Origin: Octopus sinensis
Lineage: Eukaryota
Direction: 5' to 3'
Length of the DNA stretch: 64,000 nucleotides
NCBI RefSeq assembly: GCF_006345805.1
Contig: NC_043021.1
Location: 24,242,001-24,306,000 of the forward strand
Shown: positions 54,589 through 64,000 of the stretch, in pieces
Position numbering within the stretch: position 1 is the stretch's first letter
Layout of the letters: each line of letters opens with the position of its first letter
Notes under the pieces: model-generated
Databases searched by the model: none
The model's input: the letters and a program-made list of their open reading frames with translations, nothing else
Told to the model about the DNA's origin: nothing
Position numbers and translations under genes: made by a program

Positions 54589-54767
54589 ACTTAGAATAAC
54601 TTAGAAAGGTTTTGGCCAGTATTGGCCCAGGCCATGTCTAACTTAATAGCACCACCTGGCAAAAGTATATATTTACATAGGAATATGTGCACGTGATTGT
54701 ACATAAATATGACTGCGTTTAATGTTTATATTGATGCAGATGCGTGTGCATATGTATATGCATATCA

Positions 54768-55037
54768 CGTGATCACCGTAACCGACCAGGCTATCAAATG
54801 TTGCTTCACATCGCTGGTCACAATGCGCTTCAAATGACGCCACCCCGCTGTCTAAGCGAGCAGGCCAACAGAAGAAAGAGTGAGAGAAAGTTGTGGCGAA
54901 AGAGTACAGCAGGGTTCGCCGCGTGGAGCTTTAGGTGTTTTCGCTCAATAAACACTCACAACGCCCGATCTGGGAATCGAAACCGCGACCTTACAACCGC
55001 GTGTCCGCTCCCCTAACCACTGGGCCATTGCGCCTCC
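54768..55037 (-). mobile_element. SINE family 2 (tail type a)
   Basis: Reverse complement of 43364-43685. Confidence 0.88.
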
Positions 55038-55256
55038 TACTACCCACAAGGGGCTAAACACAGAGGAGACAAACAAGACAGACAAAGGGATTAATTCGAT
55101 TACATCGACCCCAGTGCGTAGCTGGTACTTAATTTATCGACCCCGAAAGGATGAAAGGCAAAGTCGACCTCAGCGGAATTTGAACTGGGAACGTAACGAC
55201 AGACGAAATATGTATACGCATTTCGCCTGGTGTGCTAACGTTTTTGCCAGCTCGCC
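55038..55256 (-). mobile_element. tRNA-derived SINE family 3
   Basis: Minus strand GGCGAGCTGGCA...GTTCAAATTCCGC.GAGGTCGACTTTGCCTTTCATCCTTTCGGGGTCGATAAA. Confidence 0.8.
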
Positions 55257-55286
55257 AGATAGATTGGTAGATAGATTCAGATGGAT

Positions 55287-55772
55287 ATGGTACTTAAGTT
55301 GAAGGCACCAGAATTTAGTATGGTATTATCCATACAATTTAGAATAAGGTGATTATAATCAAAATAAGCAACAAGGACATCTAGAGGTACAATCGTTTCA
55401 TGCGATTCCATTTAATTGAACGATGCAAACATTGCATCAATTTAAAATATAGAGCAATCTTCAACTTCACAAAAACATAGAATTTAATTAAATTCAAAGG
55501 ACTCATTTCTATAATTTTATCCAAAACCTCCGAGAGGATAAGGAGATAGACAAAGAATATGTTTTACAATAGATGGACAAAGAACATGTTTTAGACAAAG
55601 ATAGACAAAGAACATGAGTCCTTCAACTTTAATTTAAATTCTATATTTTTGTGAAGCTGAAGATCGCACTACATTTTAAATTGATGTAATGTTTGCATTG
55701 TTCAAGTAAATGGAGTCGCATGAAACGATCGTACTGCATTACCTCTGGATATCCTTGCTGCTTATTTGATTA
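55287..55772. mobile_element. Inverted pair of Penelope-like tail repeats (55287-55505 and 55612-55772)
   Basis: Both match 24290-24560, in opposite orientations. Confidence 0.75.
55651..55739 (+). ncRNA. Type-I hammerhead with long stem II
   Basis: GTGAAG CTGAAGA ... GAA ACGATCGT A CTGCAT; one stem I mismatch. Confidence 0.65.
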
Positions 55773-55815
55773 TATATATATATATATATGCTTTTCTGTC
55801 TGCCTCTCTCTCTCT

Positions 55816-55891
<76 letters not shown>

Positions 55892-55949
55892 AGTTGATAT
55901 ATATTTAACTTATATATTATTCTATACACAATTACGCAAATTCGGAATA

Positions 55950-55994
<45 letters not shown>

Positions 55995-56053
55995 CAAAAT
56001 AAGCAACATTCCGAATTTGCGTAAATGTGTATAGAATAATATATATCAACTGG

Positions 56054-56086
<33 letters not shown>

Positions 56087-56361
56087 TATAAAGAGAGAGA
56101 GAGAGGCAGACAGAAAAGCAGATAGACAAATATAGTAATTTCGTTTGGATGTTAACCCTAGAGTTACCTTATAAATCTCGTCCACAGATGGAGGCCGTCA
56201 GAACAAAAAGTAATCTAGAGATTGTCTATGATATCAAACACACACCTGCAACTCCACAGAAAAGGCAACATTTCTGCAATTATAACCACATAGAATGGAT
56301 TGATGTGCCATCGTTTCCTGGAAAATCTATTTCATGAGCATTGCAATAATATGCAATGATG

Positions 56362-56748
56362 TGGAGGCGCAATGGCCCAGTGGTTAGGGCAGCGGACTCG
56401 CGGTCGTAGGATCGCGGTTTCGATTCCCAGACCGGGCGTTGTAAGTGTTTATTGAGCGAAAACACCTAAAAGCTCCACGAGGCTCCGGCAGGGGATGGTG
56501 GTGATCCCTGCTGTACTCTTTCACCACAACTTTCTTTCACTCTTACTTCCTGTTTCTGTTGTACCTGTATTTCAAAGGGCCGGCCTTGTCACTCTATGTG
56601 TCACGCTGAATATCCCCGAGAACTACGTTAAGGGTACACGTGTCTGTGGAGTGCTCAGCCACTTACACGTTAATTTCACGAGCAGGCTGTTCCGCTGATC
56701 GGATCAACCGGAACCCTCGTCGTCGTAACCGACGGAGTGCTTCCACCA
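56362..56748 (+). mobile_element. SINE family 2 (tail type b), full length
   Basis: Same head as 43364; tail ...GTCGTCGTAACCGACGGAGTGC. Confidence 0.9.
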
Positions 56749-57084
56749 TTATGCAATGATATACGCAATCGCTCATACGCGAGCTGTCCTAGAAACTATA
56801 TCGGATATGGATTCTTTGGAATTATACGTAAAAGTGATTTGTAGTGGAAAATTGGAGTTAGCGATAATTTAGAGCTACATCGAGTTGGACACATTCAAAT
56901 GGTTATATCTACATATTATAAGCCCCTCTCCCCACCATAAAACAAAACCCTGGTTTGATTTCACTAGTCAAAAAGAAGGATGCATCGAAAAGGGGGAAAA
57001 AGAGAAAAAAAATAGTAAGAAACGACAATATCCAAAATGATAGCCTGGTCAATAGTTTCTGTCTTTGTAGTGTGTGTGTGTGTG

Positions 57085-57354
57085 TGTGGCCTAGTGGTTA
57101 GAGGGTTCGAATCTCAGAGCGGGTGATGTGAGTATTTATAAGCGAAACACCTAAGCTCCACGCGGCTCTGGCAGAAGGTAATGGCGAAACCTCTGCTGAC
57201 TCTTTCGCCATAACTTTCTCTCACTTTTTCCTCTTGCATCTTGCATCTTGCAGCTCACCTGCGACAGACCGGCGTCCCGTCCAGGTGGAGAACCTATACG
57301 CCAAGGAAACCGGAAAACCGGCCCTATGAGCCAGGCATGGCTTGGGAAGGAAAA

Positions 57355-57355
<1 letters not shown>
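57085..57355 (+). mobile_element. SINE family 2-related (tail type c)
   Basis: Shared GCGAAACACCTAAGCTCCAC and ACTCTTTC.CCA.AACTTTCTCTCACT, then a different tail. Confidence 0.75.
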
Positions 57356-57401
<46 letters not shown>

Positions 57402-57532
57402 TTATATATATATATGTGTGTATGTATATATATATATATACAGTGTACTCTTCCGTGATAGTAAGATCAGCAAGAACGTATACTATCTGGTGAAAGATTA
57501 ATATTATTTAATCAACACAAAATATGATTTTA

Positions 57533-57618
57533 AGTGCTATTATTAGTTTCCTGCAATGAAAACATGCCAGACAATATACTTTAACACTTCTGGTGTATCA
57601 CCGCAATCTTCAGACACT
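57533..57618 (-). ncRNA. Type-I hammerhead with long stem II (diverged family)
   Basis: Minus: AGTGT CTGAAGA T TGCGGTGA...CCAGA...TCTGG...TCATTGCA G GAA ACTAATAAT A GCACT; C15.2-A16.2 mismatch. Confidence 0.6.
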
Positions 57619-59034
57619 GCTCACATGGCATAACAAGTTAAAATAGGACGAAAGGATGAAAAAAGAAACGAGAAAAGGCAACAAAGAAATGGAGATAAAA
57701 GATAGAAGATTGAAAACCAGACGACGGAAAGGAAAACAGAAAAAAACACCGTGTAATATAAAGTTGAAAGTATTGTGTCCTTGACCCTGCCGAACCGCTG
57801 CTCCATCTGGCGAGGGTGGTATTCTTCAGTTCGTTAAGAAGAACATTACTATATACATACAACCGCTGAAAATTTCGTATCTAGAATTCAGCAGTGTGGC
57901 AGAGTTCTTAGGTCTGAAACGGATCTGAGTTCTTTTAGCTACGGATAGCTTACAATTTTTGATTCGTTGACATATGATGTGGCTTTTTCGACAAGTTTTC
58001 ACTTTATCGTATGTCCCATACGTGGCTAACCAGCTTAGTAACTTTATTTTTATCCCTGTAACAGAAGGAAGTTATGTCACAGGGTCACGACACGTCAGGA
58101 AGTATCTCAGGGAGACGGGGGTTGACTGGGACTCTGCGCGACGGGTCGCCCGTGAGGTCTCGGGGATATTACAACTAATGGTGAATGGGGCGACACGCAG
58201 CGATGGCGTATGCGCCAACACCTCGCCTGATCAGAGTATGAGTGCGTGTGTGTGCGTGTGTGATATAAGTCGATCATTCAATCCTCAAGCCTTTCTTTTT
58301 ATGAATGTAATCACAGCAACAAAGATACAGGAAATAATGATTTCTATCAAGCGAATATCTGTGCGGATTGCTGGCGATCGATGAAATCGATTCCAATATA
58401 TTCAGGGTGATAGGAACGAGGAATCGATTTTATGGAACTATAGTGCATGAGTGTGAGTTTCATGTGTATTAGTTTTGCGTGCATGATTTGTGTGAGTGTG
58501 TCTGTACTTGCGTGTGCGCGTGTGTCCGTGTCTGTGTGTCTGTATGTGTGTGTTTGTGTGTTTGCCTGATTTACATTTTTATGTGCGCCCTTACATATGA
58601 TTCTGTTTAGTTGTGAGTGAATGCGAGCACATCTACTAATGAAGATATATAGACACACACACACACACACATCACAGGCACACAAGCTCACGTATATATG
58701 CTGATTTGTTATAAGCATGCATACATGTATGTGTATATATATACATGTTCTATCATCATCATTATGATTGTTTAGATGATGATTTTCGATGCTTGCACGG
58801 ATTGGACGAAGATTATTGAAGCAAATAAACTACAACCAGATGCCCAGATGCCATTTCTGTCATCAACCCTTTCCTGTTATGAAATATTTCTCCATGAGGA
58901 CATATCTGCGCAAAAAATTGGACCTACGTGATACTGTTACTATGACACTCATAATACATTACGGAATTTCAGAATTATGTGAAAGAGGTTTATATATATT
59001 CACACGTGCTTAAACACACATCTAGTTATCACAT

Positions 59035-59074
<40 letters not shown>

Positions 59075-59106
59075 TGGATTAACTACATTATTATATATAC
59101 ATATAA

Positions 59107-59149
<43 letters not shown>

Positions 59150-59253
59150 TATGTAATTAATTCAAACAAGAAAGCAAAAAAAAAACACAACAACGCGAGG
59201 ACGTGGAACAATATAGTATTATTGGACGCTCAGGAAAGAAGGAAAGAAGGAGG

Positions 59254-59288
59254 GTTTAACGTTTCGAGCGGAGCTCTTCGTCGGAAAC
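59254..59288 (-). ncRNA. Minimal type-I hammerhead motif (U4C variant) in pLTR repeat 59155-59365
   Basis: Minus: GTTT CCGACGA A GAGC tcc GCTC GAA ACGT T AAAC. Confidence 0.6.
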
Positions 59289-59617
59289 ATATGAGAAGGA
59301 AAGATCCAGAGAAGGGAAGACAGAGGAAAAAAATCGCCAACGGTACACACGAGGTCACATTTTGATATATATATATATATACGTAGATATTTGCATACAC
59401 AAACAACAGGGCTTCTTTCGGTTTCCCTTTACCAAATCCATACACAAGTTTTCAGTTAGTTCTCAGCTCTATAGGTAAACGCAGCAGCGCAACCTGTCAG
59501 TCACGCACTCAATCCGGAAACATGCTTGGGATGCATACTTCTTATACTCATCCACGCCTATATACGTGCGTGGTTAACGTCTCTCTCTCTCTCCCCACAC
59601 ATATATATATATATATC

Positions 59618-59891
59618 TTTACTCTTTTACTCTTTTACTTGTTTCAGTCATTTTGACTGCGGCCATGCTGGAGAACCGCCTTAAATCGAGGAACTCGACC
59701 CCGGCACTTATTCTTTTGTAAGCCTAGTACTTATTCTATCGGTCTCTTTTGCCGAACCGCTAAGTGACGGGGACATAAACACACCAGCATCGGTTGTCAA
59801 GCAATGCTAGGGGGACAAACAGACACACACAAACACACACACACACACACACACACCACACACACCACACACACACACACACAACACCATA

Positions 59892-59932
<41 letters not shown>

Positions 59933-60078
59933 TACGACAGGCTTCTTTCAGCTTCCGTCTACCAATCCACTCACAGGCTATAGCAGAAGACACTTGCCCA
60001 AGATGCCACGCAGTGGGACTGAACCCGGAACCATGTGGATGGTTAGCAAGCTACTTACCACACAGCCACTCCTGCGCC
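59618..60078 (-). mobile_element. SINE family 1
   Basis: Reverse complement of the family consensus, small deletion. Confidence 0.93.
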
Positions 60079-60182
60079 TATATATATATATATATATATA
60101 TATAGATCGCCATGTTGGTTCGTTAGTTACTGCACGCATTTTTTTTCTCTCCTTCTTTCTGTGTTTTTTTTCTCTCTGTGTA

Positions 60183-60220
60183 TCTTTCTGTTGAAGAGCG
60201 TAGGCTCGAAACGTTAAAGA
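60183..60220 (+). ncRNA. Minimal type-I hammerhead motif (A6U variant)
   Basis: TCTTT CTGTTGA A GAGC gtag GCTC GAA ACGT T AAAGA. Confidence 0.55.
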
Positions 60221-60317
60221 CTTGTTTTATTTATATTTCCTGAGCGCCATACTAATACAATTGTTGTTTGTTTTCCACCTGCCTTCGTCTTTTGTCTATT
60301 TTCATAAAGCTTCCCGT

Positions 60318-60394
<77 letters not shown>

Positions 60395-60509
60395 ACATAT
60401 ACACACATATAATATACATGTAGTGAAAATGGTGCACTCTTTCGCACGTGACACTTTGTATGAAGAAACCACTATAAAGTCAGACAGTCAGTGGTTGTAG
60501 AAAAGGATG

Positions 60510-60680
60510 CTGGCACCATATGCCAGTGAATACGGTTTAGGTGCCGTACTCCCACACAAATGTGAAAATGGCAGCCAAAAGGCCTCATCTCATCCGTCAA
60601 GGACGCTATCGCCAGCAAAAAAAATATATAACCAAATTGAAAAAGAAGCAATGGCGATTATATTAGGCATAAAAATGTTG
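60510..60680 (+). mobile_element. Ty3/Gypsy RNase H fragment
   Basis: ASEYGLGAVL...SRTLSPAKKIYNQIEKEAMAIILG resembles DAS..GLGAVL...SRTL..AEKNYSQIEKEALAI. Confidence 0.85.
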
Positions 60681-60948
60681 TACTTACGTTTGTAAAATGC
60701 TGGGCTCGATTCCCAGACCTAACGTTGTTTTGTGTTTTTGAGCAAAGTACTTCATTTCACGTTGCACTGCGATCATTTTGCCATCTGACACGTGGCACAC
60801 GTTGCACCTGTACAGGTAATGTCTGATGGATGGAGTTAGCTTATGTGTACACAAACATTTGATCACTATAAACGAATTATTTGTGTAGTTGTTGAGCAAG
60901 AAATTGCTGAACTCTCATACGTTGTCTAACGACGGGAAAGTCCATGAT

Positions 60949-60991
<43 letters not shown>

Positions 60992-61046
60992 TAAATATTA
61001 TATATGATTATATATATATTAAATTATATATGATTATATATATATA

Positions 61047-61264
61047 CTCTCTTTTCTCTCTTTTACTTGTTTCAGTCATTTGACTGCAGCCATGCTGGAG
61101 CACCGCCTTTTAGTCGATCAAATCGACCCCGGGACTTATTCTTTGTAAGCCCAGTACTTTTTCTATCGGTCTCTTTTGCCGAACAGCTAAGTGACGGGGA
61201 CGTAAACACACCAGCATCGGTTGTCAAGCAATGCTAGGGGGACAAACACAGACACACATACACG

Positions 61265-61302
<38 letters not shown>

Positions 61303-61436
61303 TACCAAATCCACTCACAAGGCATTGGTCGGCCCGGGGCTATAGCAGAAGACACTTGTCCAAGATGCCACGCAGTGGGACTGAACCCGGAACCATGAGG
61401 CTGGTTAGCAAGCTACTTACCACACAGCCACTCCTA
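61047..61436 (-). mobile_element. SINE family 1
   Basis: Reverse complement of the family consensus, internal deletion. Confidence 0.92.
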
Positions 61437-61472
61437 TATATAAATTATTAAAGTGACTGTCGCAATATATAC

Positions 61473-61757
61473 TGGCACTCCGTCGGTTACGACGACGAGG
61501 GTCCCGGTTCGCCCGATCAACGGAATAGCCTGCTAGTGAAATTAACATGCAAGTGGCTGAGCATTCCACAGACACGCATACCCTTAATGTACTTCTCAGA
61601 GAGACTCGGCGTGAAACACACTGTGACAGCTGAGGGAACTGGAGTAATGTGGAAATAAAGTGTCTTGTTCAAGGGCACAACGAGGCGCCGCCAGGTGTTG
61701 AACTCACAACCTTAAGATCATGAGCCGAATATCCTAACCACACACCCATGCGCCTTT
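61473..61757 (-). mobile_element. SINE with type-b tail and diverged head
   Basis: GGCACTCCGTCGGTTACGACGACGAGGG...GAAATTAACATGCAAGTGGCTGAGC. Confidence 0.8.
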
Positions 61758-62964
61758 ATCTATAAACACACAAGAGAAAGACACACACACACATATATAT
61801 TGTGTTATATGATATATTTCTATAAAAACATAGCGGTAACGGTTAGAGCCGTGTTATCTCTGTTGCAAAGAATATCAATGTTGTGTTTGAAATCCTACAA
61901 TTCTGCTGAATTACCATAGTTTCCTTTTTAAGAGTTTTAAACCGAATTATGCTTCCCAAGCAACGTCAGTTCTCCTGTTAGAAGTTCATAATTCCTAGTT
62001 CATTACCCATTTCATTCTTTTCATATGATGTTTACCAATACTTCTTAATGGGTGGTCAGAAATATAGATTTCATGCCGTGATAACAGAAAGAAAAAATTT
62101 TTAAAAGCAGAAAACGAAGAAAACTTTTAACGTTCGTACCTGTTCGATGACTATTAGAGCTCGAAGAGATTGGAATTGCGTGCTGCCAAAACAACATTGG
62201 TTTTCATATCGCCATTACCATATATAACGATCGGAGATATGAACAGAAACGTGGAGATAGGGAGGACAGGAAGAGAATCACAGATACAAAAAGTGAGCTG
62301 ATCCGAGATATAAATTAATGTATTGTATTTCACAGAAAAAGTCCACCAGCTGACTTGCTTCTTTCTATAAACATGATAACAATACTAGGTTAATGAATAT
62401 GAAATATAAAAGGATGAAAGATAGGACGCCTCCCAGTTTAGAATGGCGGCTGATTTTATACGAAACTGTGCGTCGTGTTCAATAAAAATTGAACCTGAGT
62501 GTGGTTAGTTGTGAAACATAAAACATGGTCAGTACTTACCGTCACTGTGAAACACGCTTCAAATATCAAAGTTCACACCTTCACAATCCGAACACCTAGG
62601 ATATGAAAGAAACAAAGCGTTTTAGAGGTCATTAATAATGGTAAAGTTAAGTTAATTAGACATCATTGGTAGGGTGAGTATTGTTCACTCATTAGAGTTG
62701 TGTAAATAAGAATTTCAAGCAAACCAAATAGAATGCAACCTAATTCGATTTGTAATAAGTGACATCAAGAAAAGGTCAACCGAAGAAGCGAACAAGGCAT
62801 CCTCAAAAGCCCGTACACAATGTGCGTGTGTGCATTTGCATGTGTGCGTATATGTTTACACACAGACACACACACACACACACACACACACGCGCTCGTA
62901 TATATTCTTATACCTATACATATATACATTCTGGAGATGTACTTGCATAGCGAGTGACTTGATC

Positions 62965-63239
62965 AATTGCAGTGTGGAAGCCATTTAAGAAACACACAAA
63001 ACCGTTAGATTCACTTCAACATTTAAATTTAATTTGCCAAAATATTTTCATCGCTTTGAGACCGCGACCTGTTCACTGACAAAGCTTGTTCACTGATGCA
63101 GCACGAAGCTTTGTCAGTGAACAGGTCGCGGTCTGAAAGCGACGAAAATATTTTGACAAATTAAATTTAAATGTTGAAGTGAATCTAACGGTTTTGTGCG
63201 TTTCTTAAATGGCTTATAAACACCTTCCACGCTGCAATT
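62965..63239. repeat. 275-bp fold-back palindrome, probably Penelope-derived
   Basis: AATTGCAG.GTGGAAG...CCATTTAAGAAAC arms pair to an ~18-nt loop near 63088-63105. Confidence 0.9.
63111..63159 (+). ncRNA. Type-I hammerhead-like motif with G3-C8 swapped core (mirror copy 63034-63082 on minus)
   Basis: TTGTCA GTGAACA G GTCGC ggtctgaaa GCGAC GAA AATATT T TGACAA. Confidence 0.55.
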
Positions 63240-63245
63240 ATATAT

Positions 63246-63599
63246 ATTCTTTTATTCTTTTATTTGTTTCAGGCATTTTGTTTGCGGCCATGCTAGAACA
63301 CCAGATTTAGTCGAACAAATCTACCCCAGGACTTGTTCTATGTAAGCCTAGTACTTATTTTATCGGTCTTTTGCCGAACCGCTAAGTTACGGGGACGTAA
63401 ACAAACCAGCACCGGTTGTCAAGCAATACGATGGTGGGGACAGATACAAAACCAAACACATACATATATATATATGACGGGCTTCTTTCAGTTTCCGTCT
63501 ACCAAATCCACTCTCAAGGCTTTGGTCTGCCCAAGGTTATAGTGGAAGTCACTTGCCCAAGATGCCACGCAGTGGGACTGAACCCAGTACCATGTGGTT

Positions 63600-63600
<1 letters not shown>
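63246..63600 (-). mobile_element. SINE family 1, diverged, 5'-truncated
   Basis: Reverse complement of the family consensus. Confidence 0.88.
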
Positions 63601-63646
<46 letters not shown>

Positions 63647-63708
63647 GTATATATGCATGTATATGTGTGTGTGTGTACATACATATGTAGGTATGTATAT
63701 ATATATAT

Positions 63709-63767
<59 letters not shown>

Positions 63768-63835
63768 TTGAATTAACTCCAAAGCTACAAATGACTCTCA
63801 GTGATTGACAAAGGGAGGTACGCCCTTATCGTATG

Positions 63836-63892
63836 AAGCCGGATCGCGATTTCGACTCCTGGTGCCGACACCTTACTTCTCATCAGCGGCTT
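63836..63892 (-). ncRNA. Type-I hammerhead ribozyme with fully canonical core
   Basis: Minus: AAGCCG CTGATGA GA..GGTG tcgg CACC..TC GAA ATCGCGAT C CGGCTT; 6-bp stem I, G10.1-C11.1, palindromic stem III, AUC triplet. Confidence 0.8.
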
Positions 63893-64000
63893 TTAATGCC
63901 TAGGGTTAAACTTTGCTTCCTCTATCAATCATATAAGAAAGACCGGTTAAATCATAAGCTGATTTTCCAAACTCTGTGAAGAAACAGGGTGGCTTATTAG

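Noticed and set aside
56362-56440. Possible tRNA gene (also 43364 and SINE family 1 heads)
   Set aside because: A and B boxes are present but there is no complete acceptor stem, and each continues into a SINE body.
57621-57806. Hydrophobic ORF MEQRFGRV... as a membrane-protein exon
   Set aside because: Hydrophobicity follows from the A-rich opposite strand; no convincing splice donor.

Overview
This is a eukaryotic, AT-rich, repeat-dominated window. The repeat inventory (tRNA-headed SINEs ending in (AAAAGAGT)n, dense TA/CA/GATA/TAA microsatellites) points to an octopus or other coleoid cephalopod genome; this is inference. I found no host protein-coding gene I can support, and most listed ORFs are microsatellite artefacts or transposon debris. 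Contents: decayed R4/Dong-type LINEs inside (TAA)n tracts, RTE, HERO/NeSL-like and Gypsy fragments, four mariner remnants, two Helitron/HINE-like elements, about 20 SINE copies, and several Penelope-like tail and fold-back structures. The most notable signals are three. (1) About 13 type-I hammerhead ribozyme motifs from at least five repeat families occur on both strands, including compensatory changes, a G3-C8 core swap, and fully canonical copies at 63836-63892 and 17678-17711. (2) A 2.2-kb ORF1-only (zinc-knuckle, no RT) retroelement sits in the tRNA-like head of a SINE with a clean 15-bp TSD. (3) One SINE has twin-priming-type 5' inversion, and one LINE junction carries a 31-bp locally templated duplication. 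All structures were read by eye; folding, alignments and database searches were not run.
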